From the NCBI GenBank assembly GCA_000934665.2, contig KZ538224.1:1-64000 (forward strand): a DNA stretch of 64,000 nt, written 5' to 3'. The DNA comes from Catajapyx aquilonaris (lineage: Eukaryota). Under the pieces are notes generated by a model that did no database searches, was not told the origin of the DNA, and saw nothing but the letters and a program-made list of their open reading frames with translations. The position numbers and the translations under genes were made by a program. Positions 12,061 through 23,319 of the stretch are shown here, one piece after another; the first letter of the stretch is position 1; every line of letters starts with the position of its first letter.

Positions 12061-12609
12061 GGCAATGGATTTCTTAGAGTGAACCGGAGTGAACTGCTGG
12101 GCCCATGGCCCCGCCCCCAAACAAACTTCTCTCCTCCCTCCTCCCTCCTCCCCAACTTCTCCCCCCCACCACTTTGGCACCATAACAACATGTATCCCTC
12201 CGCCAGATCCGGTCACCTTATTCCGATGGTGCTTATGCGCGCCGAAAAGAAGTGAAAAGAAGAGATTCGAACACCGTTGCCTTGGATTCGAACAATGCTT
12301 CGAAATTACGCGGGCACGGATCCCGATGCTCTTTTGTCTCTCGCCTTGAAAGTAGTCCCCATGTGGCAACGTTGCTGATTTTAATTTTTCGCGTTAGTAA
12401 CTAATAACGCTATTCTAAATAATGCTTTAGTGTTCATAAATTATGTCAGAACCAAATAATTGATATCGGTCGAATTCCTTTTTAAAATACACATGTTAAT
12501 TACATTTATGTATTTCACCTGGCAACCTTACTGTGACGCACGGTCATACAGGCGACCCCATTGGTTCGCCCGGGGGGGCGTGTCTGTTCACTCTAAGAAA
12601 TCCTTTGCC
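12061..12609. mobile_element. MITE with 24-bp TIRs
   Basis: ggcaatggatttcttagagtgaac / gttcactctaagaaatcctttgcc (one mismatch). Confidence 0.7.
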
Positions 12610-13434
12610 TATATTAGATGATTAAAAACTGGTTTCATTCTCCCCGACCCTTTCTTTTGATGTATTCGGCCTATCCCCAGGTTCAGTTTGAAATTCCGCA
12701 CCCAATCCTGCTTACAGACTCGTCCTGCCAGGACCGCTGGGGTCGTGCCAGTAAGGAACTCGTTTTGAAAAGAAAAAAAAAAGTGAAATGCTGTGTTTTA
12801 CTTTGTATTGTTCATGTTTATGAACGTCCACGGAGTTGGCACCACTGATCAACAACAAATTCGGTTATTGCGTCCATGTTCCAATCATCCTTCCTCCCTC
12901 CCTCCATCCCTCCTACGCCCTTGATGTGTGGTCACCGGGGTTTAGAACACGACCGCCTTGACGTGGTGGAGCTGAGGGGACAGGGTAGGTCGTTGATGGA
13001 GCAGCGGGGAGGGGTCACGTTCGAGGTGTTTGCGGAAGAGGCGATGTTAACTCCTCGGCCTCCAACATGCAACTGAGGAATTCCACCACCCATTGCTCAT
13101 GCGTGAACGGAGGCCAATCGGAAGCTTCGCGGTAACAATATGTCGCAGCAACAATAGACGTGGACCAATTGCAGGGGTGGTGGAAACAAGGATTTTAATA
13201 TCTGTAGTTTTACAGTAATTTTTGTTTGCTGGGTGGGAGGAGCCATGCCTCTGCCCAATTATCACTTCTCAATGGGGTTATTTGGACCAGTATGGGGAAG
13301 TTCAAAGTGTGTCGTGATCTTTGATTAATACAATGTTAACACATTCTAGAAAGATGTTTTCCTTCACGCACTTCCATGTAATTATTTTCGTATAAGTATA
13401 TTCTGTGTGAAACATCTCATTTATCTTGCAGATC

Positions 13435-14970
13435 ATGCCACGGAGAAAGCAGCCTCCAAGTCTTAAGTCCTCAAGCTTGCGTGTTTTGGCCAAGTTAACA
13501 GTCGATTCATGCGTTAAGAGTGATGGAAAAAGAGAAGAAGAGATTCGACAGTATGTTCAGGACATCCAAAATACATTTGCAAATGAATATGTCAATGAGG
13601 TTCTTCAGTTGCATTCGAAGAGCAAAATTTACTTTGACATTGCTAGTGCTTTGCATCCCAAGTGCACGGTGATCACCAAAAAGGGTGCAGGGAATTATTT
13701 TTCTGAACTTCACCGGGTCTTAGGGGGCCTTAATGTCATGAGGGATCTCATCAATATTGAACCTGAAATTGCTTTACGGAATTCATTGAGTGGTCAATGG
13801 GGAGATTTTGAGGGGGATTTGCCATTCCCCAAAATGACAAACTTGCGATCAATTGGGGTTTCCTTCGGTACCGAACCTCTGTTCTTGGCTCAAGCTATTG
13901 AAAACTGTCCACAGTTGGAGAGTATTGTGATAAACAATCACTCACTTGACAAAGCAATGCAACCTGCATTGCGGCTTCTCTCAAACTGCAAGCACCTGAA
14001 GAGAATTTGTGGTCCTTGCATGACTTCTGAGGTAGCCATCCACCTGCTTGACCATCTACCCAATCTGGAGGTATTGGAGATGAAATGTATCCTGGAAGTT
14101 CTTGATCTGTGCAAAAGTGTTTATAAGTTGAAGGACTTTGTAGCTCCAGTGTACACATGTGAAGTTACTACTTTGCAAAATGTTGTGACCCATTTTCCAT
14201 ACCTTGAGAAGCTGAGCGTGAGCCTGGTTGAGATTTGTATACATGTAGACCTAACGGTAATTAATGAACTAGACAACCTGAAGAGTTTGACACTTGATGA
14301 CAGGAGAATAATTCATAACAAGACATCTTCAAACCTTCTCTTCCTGATGGACAAGTGTATGCTTGGTCTCCATGAATTACATTTGGAAGATGTTATTGGC
14401 CTTGATTCTTCTCTCTTCAGACAAAACATGAATGTGTCATACCCAAATCTTACGTCCCTGACCATGTGGAGGTGCACTGGTATAAATCTGGCAGCTATCA
14501 TGGAGATTTTCCCCAAACTCAAGTCTCTTGACCTAGTGCAGTGCAAATATATTGCACATTCTCCTCTGCGTAAAATGACACATGCTGGATTTCAAGAATT
14601 GGAACATTTGGAAATGACAAATGTGACAATACAACAGGTGACGGACCTCATCCCCTACTGTAGCAAGTTGAAGATTCTTAAGGTGTTTGACAGATCTGAC
14701 CAATCCTATGTTTACGAACTTCTCAGTAATGCGAACCTGAAGGAGTTGCTTACACTTGAGGTGCATGTAAAGTGCATTGAAAGGGACATTATTCAAATTA
14801 TTTTGGATTCATGTGGAGAGTATTTGGAAAATGTCATTTTACGTGGTCATAAGCTGACCCTTTCACCCGAGTATGTTCAGGAATTGTCCAATCAGCTTCA
14901 GCAATATGACATGCACTTCTCTCTCAGGGGTTCAAGGAATGATCCTCACCTTGTATTTAACTCGATTTAA
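13435..14970 (+). CDS. LRR protein, paralog 2 (511 aa)
   Basis: Same acceptor context (ttgcag|ATCATG) and MPRRKQPPSLKSSSLRVL start; collinear with paralog 1; intact ORF. Confidence 0.85.
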   Translation: MPRRKQPPSLKSSSLRVLAKLTVDSCVKSDGKREEEIRQYVQDIQNTFANEYVNEVLQLHSKSKIYFDIASALHPKCTVITKKGAGNYFSELHRVLGGLNVMRDLINIEPEIALRNSLSGQWGDFEGDLPFPKMTNLRSIGVSFGTEPLFLAQAIENCPQLESIVINNHSLDKAMQPALRLLSNCKHLKRICGPCMTSEVAIHLLDHLPNLEVLEMKCILEVLDLCKSVYKLKDFVAPVYTCEVTTLQNVVTHFPYLEKLSVSLVEICIHVDLTVINELDNLKSLTLDDRRIIHNKTSSNLLFLMDKCMLGLHELHLEDVIGLDSSLFRQNMNVSYPNLTSLTMWRCTGINLAAIMEIFPKLKSLDLVQCKYIAHSPLRKMTHAGFQELEHLEMTNVTIQQVTDLIPYCSKLKILKVFDRSDQSYVYELLSNANLKELLTLEVHVKCIERDIIQIILDSCGEYLENVILRGHKLTLSPEYVQELSNQLQQYDMHFSLRGSRNDPHLVFNSI

Positions 14971-15516
14971 GTGATAGGAACCCGAGATAAAAGTGAATTG
15001 TAATGAAACTTAATACTGATTCGGCGGTACAGTGCATTCCAAGTCGTGAAGAACTTTTAGATGTCCCAAATTTCGTCCAAATTGTTAAATTTGTGACACT
15101 TTTTGTGCCCAAATCCATTTGCCCAATTATTCTCAGGTGTGTAGAAATTATTGGGAACATGGATAGGAGAGCAAAAATCTATTTAGAAACTATCATCTTC
15201 GGACAAAATTATTTGTTCAAAGATCGATTTTGCTGGGTGTCAGGGTAATTTTTATTGGAAGTTGCAATGTTTCAAATAATAATACAGTGTAATAGGCTAC
15301 AGTAATAATAAATGAAACCCTGTGTTTAAATAATTATCTGGCCCCTGAGTTGTGAAGACCTGAGCTCCGAAGTTGATATCTTGTCAATTTTTTGCATTTC
15401 TGCTGGTATTTTTTTCTTGCAGTGCTGTGGTAGGCTAAGTCCCATATGTCTTTTTACGTCCTGTCTTGCCTCCAAACTGGGAGTTCAGTGCCTGTCCTGG
15501 TTTGTGGTCAGTACTT

Positions 15517-15585
15517 TATGATATGCATTATTTTCCATATCAATGATTCTTTTATATAATCCCAATAATGCTGCTTTAATGATGG
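15517..15585 (+). pseudogene. Orphan relic of an LRR-paralog C-terminus
   Basis: tatgatatgcat...tttatataatcccaataatgctg matches the reconstructed 3' end of paralog 1 and the end of paralog 3. Confidence 0.55.
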
Positions 15586-15847
15586 GTAGTAATCTGAAGA
15601 AAAAGGGATGTGCATTATTATAATGTGAGTTACTGCTCCAATAAAATGTAGTATGATGTTCAGTGATGACATTGATTTTTTTTTTTTTTTTTTTTGACAG
15701 CCTCCCCAGTTCCTCTATGACTCTCCTTCCTGTCAGTACAGGGGAAGAAATGGTATTTAAATGAGTTGTGCTGGAGGTAACTGACCGCCTTGGCCAGTCG
15801 CATGGAAATCTTAAATGTCCTGAAACATTCCATTCACCTTGCAGATC

Positions 15848-17341
15848 ATGCCAAGGAGAAGGCAGCCTCCCACCCTCCGTGCCTCGAGCCTGTGTGCTCT
15901 GGCCAGCTTGACACTTGACTCGTGCAAGAAGAGGGATGGAGAACAACAAGATGAGATTCGACAGTACGTGCAAGACATCCCAACCGTGTTTGCAAACGAA
16001 TATGTCAATGAGGTTCTTAGGTTGGATTCAAGGAGGAGGTACGACTGTGACATTACCAGTGCCTTTCATCCCAAGTGCACAGAGATTAGCGCAAAGGGTG
16101 AAGGGGAGCTCGGTTGGTCTGACAAGATCTTACCCGGTCTTCATGTCATGAGTGAGCTGATCAATATTGAGCCGGTAATTGATGAGTGCGAAAGTGAGGA
16201 ATGGAAAAACTTTATTTTCCCCAACATGAGTAACCTGCAATCAATTAAGATTACATTAGGTATCAACATGCAGCTCTTGCATCAAATTATTGAAAACTCT
16301 CCACGCTTGGAAGATATTGAAATATTCAAGTATTCTAACCAGCCTGATGATGTAATGCGATCCACTGTACTGGTTCTCGCAAACGGCAAGAATCTGAAGA
16401 TAATTGAATCTGATTTCTTGAACTCTGAGTTAGCCATACACCTCCTTGACAATCTTCCCAATCTGGAAGTATTGAACATTGAATTGATCACTGAAATCCT
16501 TCCACAGTGCAAACGGGCTTATAAGTTGAAGGACTTTGGTTCAGCAGACCCGAAGGCAAGTGAAGCTGATTCTGTGCAAAAGATTGTAACTCATTTTCCA
16601 TGCCTCGAGAACCTGATTGTGGCCATGGATGACAATGTACGAGATATGATATGTGAACTGCACAGCCTGAAGAGCTTGACACTAATGAGCAATGCATCTT
16701 CAAACCTTAATCTCCTGATGGACAAGTGCATGTTTGGTCTGAAAGAATTAGACTTGTACGATGTTCCTGGCCTTGATTCTCTCTTCAAACAAAACATGAA
16801 CGTCTCATACCCAAACATCGAGTCACTGACCCTAATTTCGTGCACGGGTGTCAACGTGGCTGGAATCATTGAGTGTTTTCCCAATGTAAAGTCTCCTGGT
16901 CTGAATAGCGAATGTGTGTCACATGATCTTCCTTGTAAAATGCCACATGCTGGATCTCAATCACTAGAAGAGTTGAACATTGTTAATTTGCCAGTAGAAC
17001 AAGTGAGATACCTCCTTCTCTTTTGTAGCAAATTGCAGAGCCTTGATGTATGTTACACTTCAGCCAAATCCTGTGTTTGTGAAATTCTCTGTGACGCCAA
17101 CCTGAAGGAGTTGCATGAGCTCATAGTGAGGGACGACAGCATGAAAAGGGAAGATATTCCAATAATTTTTAATTCATGCGGAGAGTTTTTGGAACAAGTT
17201 GAATTGCATAGTAGGCAGCTGATTCTTTCACCTGACCATACCCATGAATTGTCCAATCAGCTTAAGCTATATGATATGCATTTCTGTGTCAATGATAGTT
17301 TTAGTTACGATCCAGATAATGATGATTTAAATGATCGATAG
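15848..17341 (+). CDS. LRR protein, paralog 3 (497 aa)
   Basis: ttgcag|ATCATG acceptor, MPRRRQPPTLRASSLCAL start, intact collinear LRR ORF. Confidence 0.83.
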   Translation: MPRRRQPPTLRASSLCALASLTLDSCKKRDGEQQDEIRQYVQDIPTVFANEYVNEVLRLDSRRRYDCDITSAFHPKCTEISAKGEGELGWSDKILPGLHVMSELINIEPVIDECESEEWKNFIFPNMSNLQSIKITLGINMQLLHQIIENSPRLEDIEIFKYSNQPDDVMRSTVLVLANGKNLKIIESDFLNSELAIHLLDNLPNLEVLNIELITEILPQCKRAYKLKDFGSADPKASEADSVQKIVTHFPCLENLIVAMDDNVRDMICELHSLKSLTLMSNASSNLNLLMDKCMFGLKELDLYDVPGLDSLFKQNMNVSYPNIESLTLISCTGVNVAGIIECFPNVKSPGLNSECVSHDLPCKMPHAGSQSLEELNIVNLPVEQVRYLLLFCSKLQSLDVCYTSAKSCVCEILCDANLKELHELIVRDDSMKREDIPIIFNSCGEFLEQVELHSRQLILSPDHTHELSNQLKLYDMHFCVNDSFSYDPDNDDLNDR

Positions 17342-17374
17342 AATCATGAGAAAAAAGGGAGTGGTTCACTTACA

Positions 17375-17542
17375 TAGTAGTAGTGAGCTCGAGTGAGCTG
17401 GTACTTTCACCTGACCATGACCAATAAATTATCCCACCAGCTTCAGCAATATGACATGCATTTCTGTAACAGTGATCCTCACTATATGTAACTAGATTTA
17501 AGTGATCGTAAGCCGAGAAAAAGTGCCTTGTAATGAAACTTC
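17375..17542 (+). pseudogene. Duplicated LRR-paralog 3' end directly after paralog 3
   Basis: ctttcacctgaccat...cagcttcagcaatatgacatgcatttc...gatcctcac...tgtaatgaaactt matches the last codons and 3' flank of paralog 2. Confidence 0.7.
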
Positions 17543-18957
17543 AACAACGTAAAATAATATTCAATTGTTGTGTAGAGTGTATTTCAAGTATAGGGGTCCT
17601 TTTTGTAGCCATGGTATTGTGTTGATGTTATGGCAGCAATAAATGCATGAAAACCTTTGGCCATGGTGACGCAACCAGGACATAACAAACAAGCGAACTT
17701 TGCCTATTATAGTAATAAAGTTGCAGTACATTTTGTGAGCACTAGGTGGCTCAAAAATTTGCCATCACATACCATTGTTGGAAAAATGAAAGTAAAAATT
17801 CTGGAAGGATCCTACTGCCCGCAGTGGATATTTCAAATGAAGATTATTTTTTTGCAAACGCTCAACTTTAGAGCCCCGATGTTCACTTCTCATCAGGGGA
17901 CATCTATTTTAAAGACTGAGTTTCCCTTTGTGTGTCTAATATTATTAAGATTGTAAAATGGATCCTACAGCATGTCCTTTGAGATAACTAAACGGACCCG
18001 AGTACTTGGAACACACTGTCGAGTGTTAGGTATGATTTTAAGTGATCATGTAGTATAGTTATTTTGTTGTTATTAATGATCGAGGTTCCTTTAGCTCTTA
18101 CAAACCTCGTCTCCTCTATAACTGTATTTTGTTCGAGAGGCTCTCTACGTTTTGTTCATGTGAGATTGTGAATACCACAGAACTAGAAATCGTGTTCGTG
18201 GGGACTGAGCATGTAAGAAATTCTAGAGGCACCTCGATAACACACAGCTACGTCATGAATTCGACAAATATCTGAAGGGACAGCTTCATTTGATACGTAT
18301 GTAGTAGACTCTTATCCCCCTCTAGGTTAAGTCTTGGAATGGTATTGTTGAACATACTGTATCATTTTGTGTTTTCTACTTTGAATATATTAAAGGCAAC
18401 CGTTTGGACTAAATGTTGATTAATAACAACTTGTTTTCTGCAAAACCATCCTGTGTACAGTGGCAAGGTTCCTTTCCTGTTGGAACAAGATTGGTGCAGG
18501 TGGAACCTTCACCTGCACCAATAATCTTGTGGGTTATTATCTACATGATGTGCCATGCCTTCTTTTTGCCAGGGTTTATTTTTTCTTCATTGATTTTCTA
18601 GCTTGTTGAGTGTAAGTTGAGGCATGATTCGTTCTGTACTTATTCGTACTATTTGTAATTATTCATGGACATGCAGGTGGTGATGGGCGAACTTCACTGG
18701 TGCGATGCAAGTACAGTTGATGCTCAAGGTGTACGTGATTCAGGTCTAAATGTCCCGCCTCCTGCCAAGGACGTTGAGTCACAGGAACAAGGGACGTCCC
18801 TCTGTCTATTTAAAGAAAAAAAAACGGTGCAACTAATTGACAATCACACGCTGAGTAAATTACAAGTGTTTGACACGAAGTGAGACTAATGTTCTAATGT
18901 GGTTCTAATTGAGAATCAAAGATTAATAATTTGGCCTGGCACCCCTGGATGCCTCCC

Positions 18958-18967
18958 GTCACGTGAC
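18958..18967. promoter_or_regulatory. Palindromic E-box GTCACGTGAC in the putative promoter of LRR paralog 4
   Basis: Conserved with 500-509 while the flanks are more diverged. Confidence 0.5.
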
Positions 18968-19301
18968 TGGCAAGACCGTTGAGATTCGAAAAGACTTTTC
19001 CTTCGAAGGATCTGTTGAAAGGGACTCCGCGTCTTCTCTCTTTCCCCTGGGGGAGGACCTTCTTCTTCTTCTGTTCTTCATCTTCCTTGGAAACTCGCCG
19101 CAGACTCCGCACGTTGCTATACCCGTGAGTGTGAATGAACTGAGTCTGAAGTCCCCCTTATTCCCTCTCATTGTCAGCTGGAGGGTGTGTGAGACCCATG
19201 ATTGGGAATGAAAAGAACAAGGACTTCAGACTTGGGGGGAACTTGGTGGGGAGTGAGACGGGTTGTTCTTATTGTTATCCTCCTCCTCTTGTTGTTTGCA
19301 G

Positions 19302-19424
19302 GCGGAGGATCAACTGAAGTGGGTTGGCCAAGGAAAGGAGAACAAGGCCCAGCGACATACATACACCCTTGTTGCTGTACCCATCTGGTTGGCTGGTGTG
19401 AACTGGGAACGAGATACGTGACTG
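19302..19424 (+). other. Probable non-coding 5' UTR exon of LRR paralog 4
   Basis: High similarity to 850-970 with conserved AG/GT boundaries; upstream donor gtgagt at 19125. Confidence 0.6.
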
Positions 19425-20838
19425 GTGAGTGTGCCACCGGCAGGGGGAATTGTACGGAACGGTTGGCCAAAGTAAAAATCTATGGTGAGTTCTGTTATTT
19501 TTGATTAAACCAAGCAGCATTGTACAGCAGTAACAACCAGTGAACAGCTCATTTTCTGCAGTGTCCAGGACCATGTTCCGATTAGCAGTGTTTTCCTGTT
19601 ATCTGGCATCGCCCGTGGAGTCATTAGCCAGGGTAATCGGGAGTACAGGTTTTTTAAAAACCGTTATACGCCGGTAATTGTTACCAGCAAAATGCGGCGT
19701 AAAGTGAAAAGGCGTAAAACGAGACAAAATTATAATGGAAGTAAAAATGAGATAGGTTCCAAGATTTCAAAAAATTTCCTGCAGACAGTGCTGTTTTTAA
19801 TGCTGACTATTTGAAACATTTATTGTGCGCATTTAATGGGAGGTTCCAGGTTGAGGGTCATCGAGCTCTGAGGCCTCTTTTCCCTTCCTTTGTCAAGAAA
19901 TGCAGTAGACGTAGGGTGTTTAACAGCAGACTTCGGAGAGTGCTGAGGCCAACAATACGGCTGTTGTAGATAGACCCCTCCACAAGGCACCCAAAAAAAA
20001 ACACATTTATGGACTCAGAAGTGTTGCAGTGATGTGTTAATGTTCAGATTGTGTTGTAAATGCCAAATATTTCGCAATTTTACAGTTTTAAAGTTTTTAA
20101 ACATAATTTTCAAACCGGAGTTAATGTAAAGCAGCGTAAAATGGAGTGGCATAATACGGTACTTACTATACAGTTTACCTATGTGAACAGACTGGAGGGT
20201 CGGCCTGTATTGTTGTACAAACATTGAGTAGGCTCGGTTTGCCATCTCAAACGACAGATAGGAGCCATATTTTCTGCGCATCCTTAAAGGATGGGAAAGG
20301 GCGGAGACAGGGGAGTATATGCAGATAGTTGTTTGATGGGCATCATTATCAACGAGGTCTACGTACACCGCAGCCTGTAGGAATAGAAAAAAAGCGAGCA
20401 AAGCACGGGTTTTTCTAGTATTGTATAAAGGCGCAAGCTCAGGAACAGCATAAAGAGCCATCTCTAACCCAGCTTCAAGTGTTAAGACTTCAGGTTGTTT
20501 TTTTTACCCTTGTTTGCTCCTAATATTTAGTGTGATGCGGATGTAAGTGCAGAGTAGGAGTTTGTCATAGTAAAATAAGTCGATTTCTAGTGGCCAACCA
20601 TTCTGTACAATTACTTCCTAGGTGTTGTCGAATTTAGCTTGTCAAAAGTTGACAAGGATGAAGAAGCGTGTTCAACCAGCTGAAATGGTGACGTTACACC
20701 AGGTGCTTGAGTTATGGTCATAATGATGGGTTGGGAATACTTTAGCTCATGGCTGAGATGAAAATGAAGATGTGTATCAACCGTGTTTCAAGCACATCTA
20801 CAGTGTTAAAATTACCATTTGTCTGTAGGGTCGGAGAA

Positions 20839-20941
20839 CCGAAGCAGGTTGGCATAGTGGATAGGGCGTCCGACTGCTAATCGGGAGGTCCTGGGTTCGA
20901 ATCCCTGGGCCGGCAACCCTGACCGTGGTTTTCTGCGGTTT
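20839..20941 (+). mobile_element. Short tRNA-derived SINE
   Basis: A-box tggcatagtgg and B-box ggttcgaatcc. Flanked by the 17-bp direct repeat tctgtagggtcggagaa (20822-20838, 20942-20958). Confidence 0.8.
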
Positions 20942-21741
20942 TCTGTAGGGTCGGAGAAGCCACGCCTCTGCCAATTGAACGCTAAATCAAAGAGGTTATT
21001 CTGACCAGGGTGGGAAGTTCTAAGGGTGTCATGTATTTGGTTAACATAATTATTTTCATACATGTATGTGATAAAAGTATACAATTGAACTAATTTGCAA
21101 TCAATTAAATTCGCCTGTAATTTGTTTTCATATTAAATGACACAACATGCTCCTGTTTTCTTATGAAGTCAATGGATATTCACATTAATTCGTTTGGAAA
21201 AAATCTGTAGGTTAGTGGAAGTGGTCAAACCCCCAATGAATATATACATGATGGCTACCGCCAAGCATTGTGGGATGATAGAGGGTACCAAGCCTGACAA
21301 TTTTTGACAATAAACCCATGTTCGGAAGCATCTCCTGTTGACACTATGGACAGTAAAGCCGTCAAATTAAAGCCTGTTGATAGGCAGCCATTTTTTGCAG
21401 GAGGTGCTTGCACATGTGGGCTCTTACTAGACCCACTTTACATGCAGCGTTATGGAACAGGTGTATACAGCAGTGATTTTTTTCAGAACAATCTGAAATG
21501 GTCCAGCAACATTTTGGTGCACGTGATTCGTAATGGCCCCTATATTTCGAGGATTTTTTTTTTTTTATTGCCGCAAGGTCAAAAACAAATTTGAGACAAA
21601 ATGAATGGTCATTATAAGTTACGTGTGACCTAAGGAACATGGAAATAGAAATTAATTCCCAAAGACAATAAAAAAAGTTAATTTTTGTTGCAGCACAGTG
21701 TAATACATGTATGCTGAGACATGTCATTCATCTCGCAGATC

Positions 21742-23223
21742 ATGCCAAGGAGAAAGCAGCCCCCAACTCTCCGTGCCTCAAGCCTGCGTGTTGTGGCCAA
21801 GCTCGTAGTGGATTCATGCGAAAAGAGTGATGGAAAACAACAAGAAGAGATTCGACGATATGTGCAGGACATTCCAAAGACATTGGCAAATGAATATGTC
21901 AATAAGGTACTTCGATTACTGAGATCAACTTCTCAGTTTGACTTTACTAGTGCTTTGCATCCCAAGTGCACCGTGATTAGCACAACGGGCGCAGGGCTTT
22001 TTTTCCGTTGGCCTGACCGAATGTTGAGGTTTCTTCATGTCATGAGGGATTTGATCAAAATTGAATCTGAAATTTCTCCATGTCCCTCCTCGACAGGTCA
22101 ACGGATAGATTTTCAATTCCCCAAAATGACCAGCCTGAGCTCAATTAGGGTTTCATTAGGATCCGACTCGCGGCACTTGCTGCAAGTTATCGAAAACTGT
22201 CCACAGTTGGAAAATTTAGAATTAAGTTTTGACCGATATTCTGATGCAACAATGCATGCCACATTACTGCATCTCACAAAGTGCAAGCATCTCAAGAGAA
22301 TTTGTGTCTCTCAAATGATGCCTGAGGTAGCAATACACCTGCTTGACAATCTTCCCAATCTGGAGATATTGCTAGTGAGTGACGTTCTGAAACTTCTTCC
22401 AATGTGCGAAGGTGCTTATAAGTTGAAGGACTTTCTAGGAAAGCTGGACGCAAGTAAGGTTGCTTCTCTGAAAAAGGTTGTAACCCATTTCCCACACCTT
22501 CAGAGGCTCTCCGTGATCATGCATGACAATGTGCCGATAAATATGATCAGTAAACTAGCTAATCTTAAGAGCTTGGAATTATATAATGGGAACTCTTCAA
22601 ACCTTCGTTTTCTGAGTGACGAATGCATGCTTGGTCTCCACGAATTACATTTGCATGATGCTACTGGCCTTGATTCTCTCTTCAGACAAAACATGAATGT
22701 GTCATACCAGAATCTTACGTCCCTGGCCATGTGGCAGTGCACTGGTATAAATGTGGCAGGTATCATGGAGGTTGCCCCCAACCTCAAGTCTCTTGATCTA
22801 ATGGATGGTAGATATATTGCACTTTCTCTTCCGTGCAATATGACACATGCTGGATTTCAAGCACTAGAGGAGTTGGATATGAGCGATGTGCCAGTACCTC
22901 ATATGATGTATCTCATTCCCTTCTGTAGCAAGTTGAAGAGACTTACAGTGTCGAGCATGTATGTCAAATCCTGTCTTTATAAACTCCTCCGTAACGCCAA
23001 CCTGAAGGAGTTGTGTTCTCTTGAAGTGGAAGACAACCGCATGAAAAGGAATGTTATTCCAATCATTTTGGATTCATGTGGAGAGTATTTGGAATGGGTT
23101 ATATTGCGTAGTAGTAAGATAAGTCTTTCACCTGACGAAGAACGTGAATGGTCCCATCAGCTTCAGCAATATGATATGCTGTTTGCTGTCAATTCAAGTG
23201 CTATATGCGAGGAGGAAGAATGA
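21742..23223 (+). CDS. LRR protein, paralog 4 (493 aa)
   Basis: tcgcag|ATCATG acceptor, MPRRKQPPTLRASSLRVV start, intact collinear LRR ORF. Confidence 0.85.
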   Translation: MPRRKQPPTLRASSLRVVAKLVVDSCEKSDGKQQEEIRRYVQDIPKTLANEYVNKVLRLLRSTSQFDFTSALHPKCTVISTTGAGLFFRWPDRMLRFLHVMRDLIKIESEISPCPSSTGQRIDFQFPKMTSLSSIRVSLGSDSRHLLQVIENCPQLENLELSFDRYSDATMHATLLHLTKCKHLKRICVSQMMPEVAIHLLDNLPNLEILLVSDVLKLLPMCEGAYKLKDFLGKLDASKVASLKKVVTHFPHLQRLSVIMHDNVPINMISKLANLKSLELYNGNSSNLRFLSDECMLGLHELHLHDATGLDSLFRQNMNVSYQNLTSLAMWQCTGINVAGIMEVAPNLKSLDLMDGRYIALSLPCNMTHAGFQALEELDMSDVPVPHMMYLIPFCSKLKRLTVSSMYVKSCLYKLLRNANLKELCSLEVEDNRMKRNVIPIILDSCGEYLEWVILRSSKISLSPDEEREWSHQLQQYDMLFAVNSSAICEEEE

Positions 23224-23319
23224 TCAAGGTTGACTTTTTGACGAAAAGTAGTTGCATATTCCACAAGATGTAGTTTAACTAGAATATAATGGTTTGGTTG
23301 TTGAGAGGAATTATTGTAG

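Noticed and set aside
20841..20915. tRNA gene
   Set aside because: Flanked by a 17-bp direct repeat and followed by a SINE-like tail; treated as a SINE.
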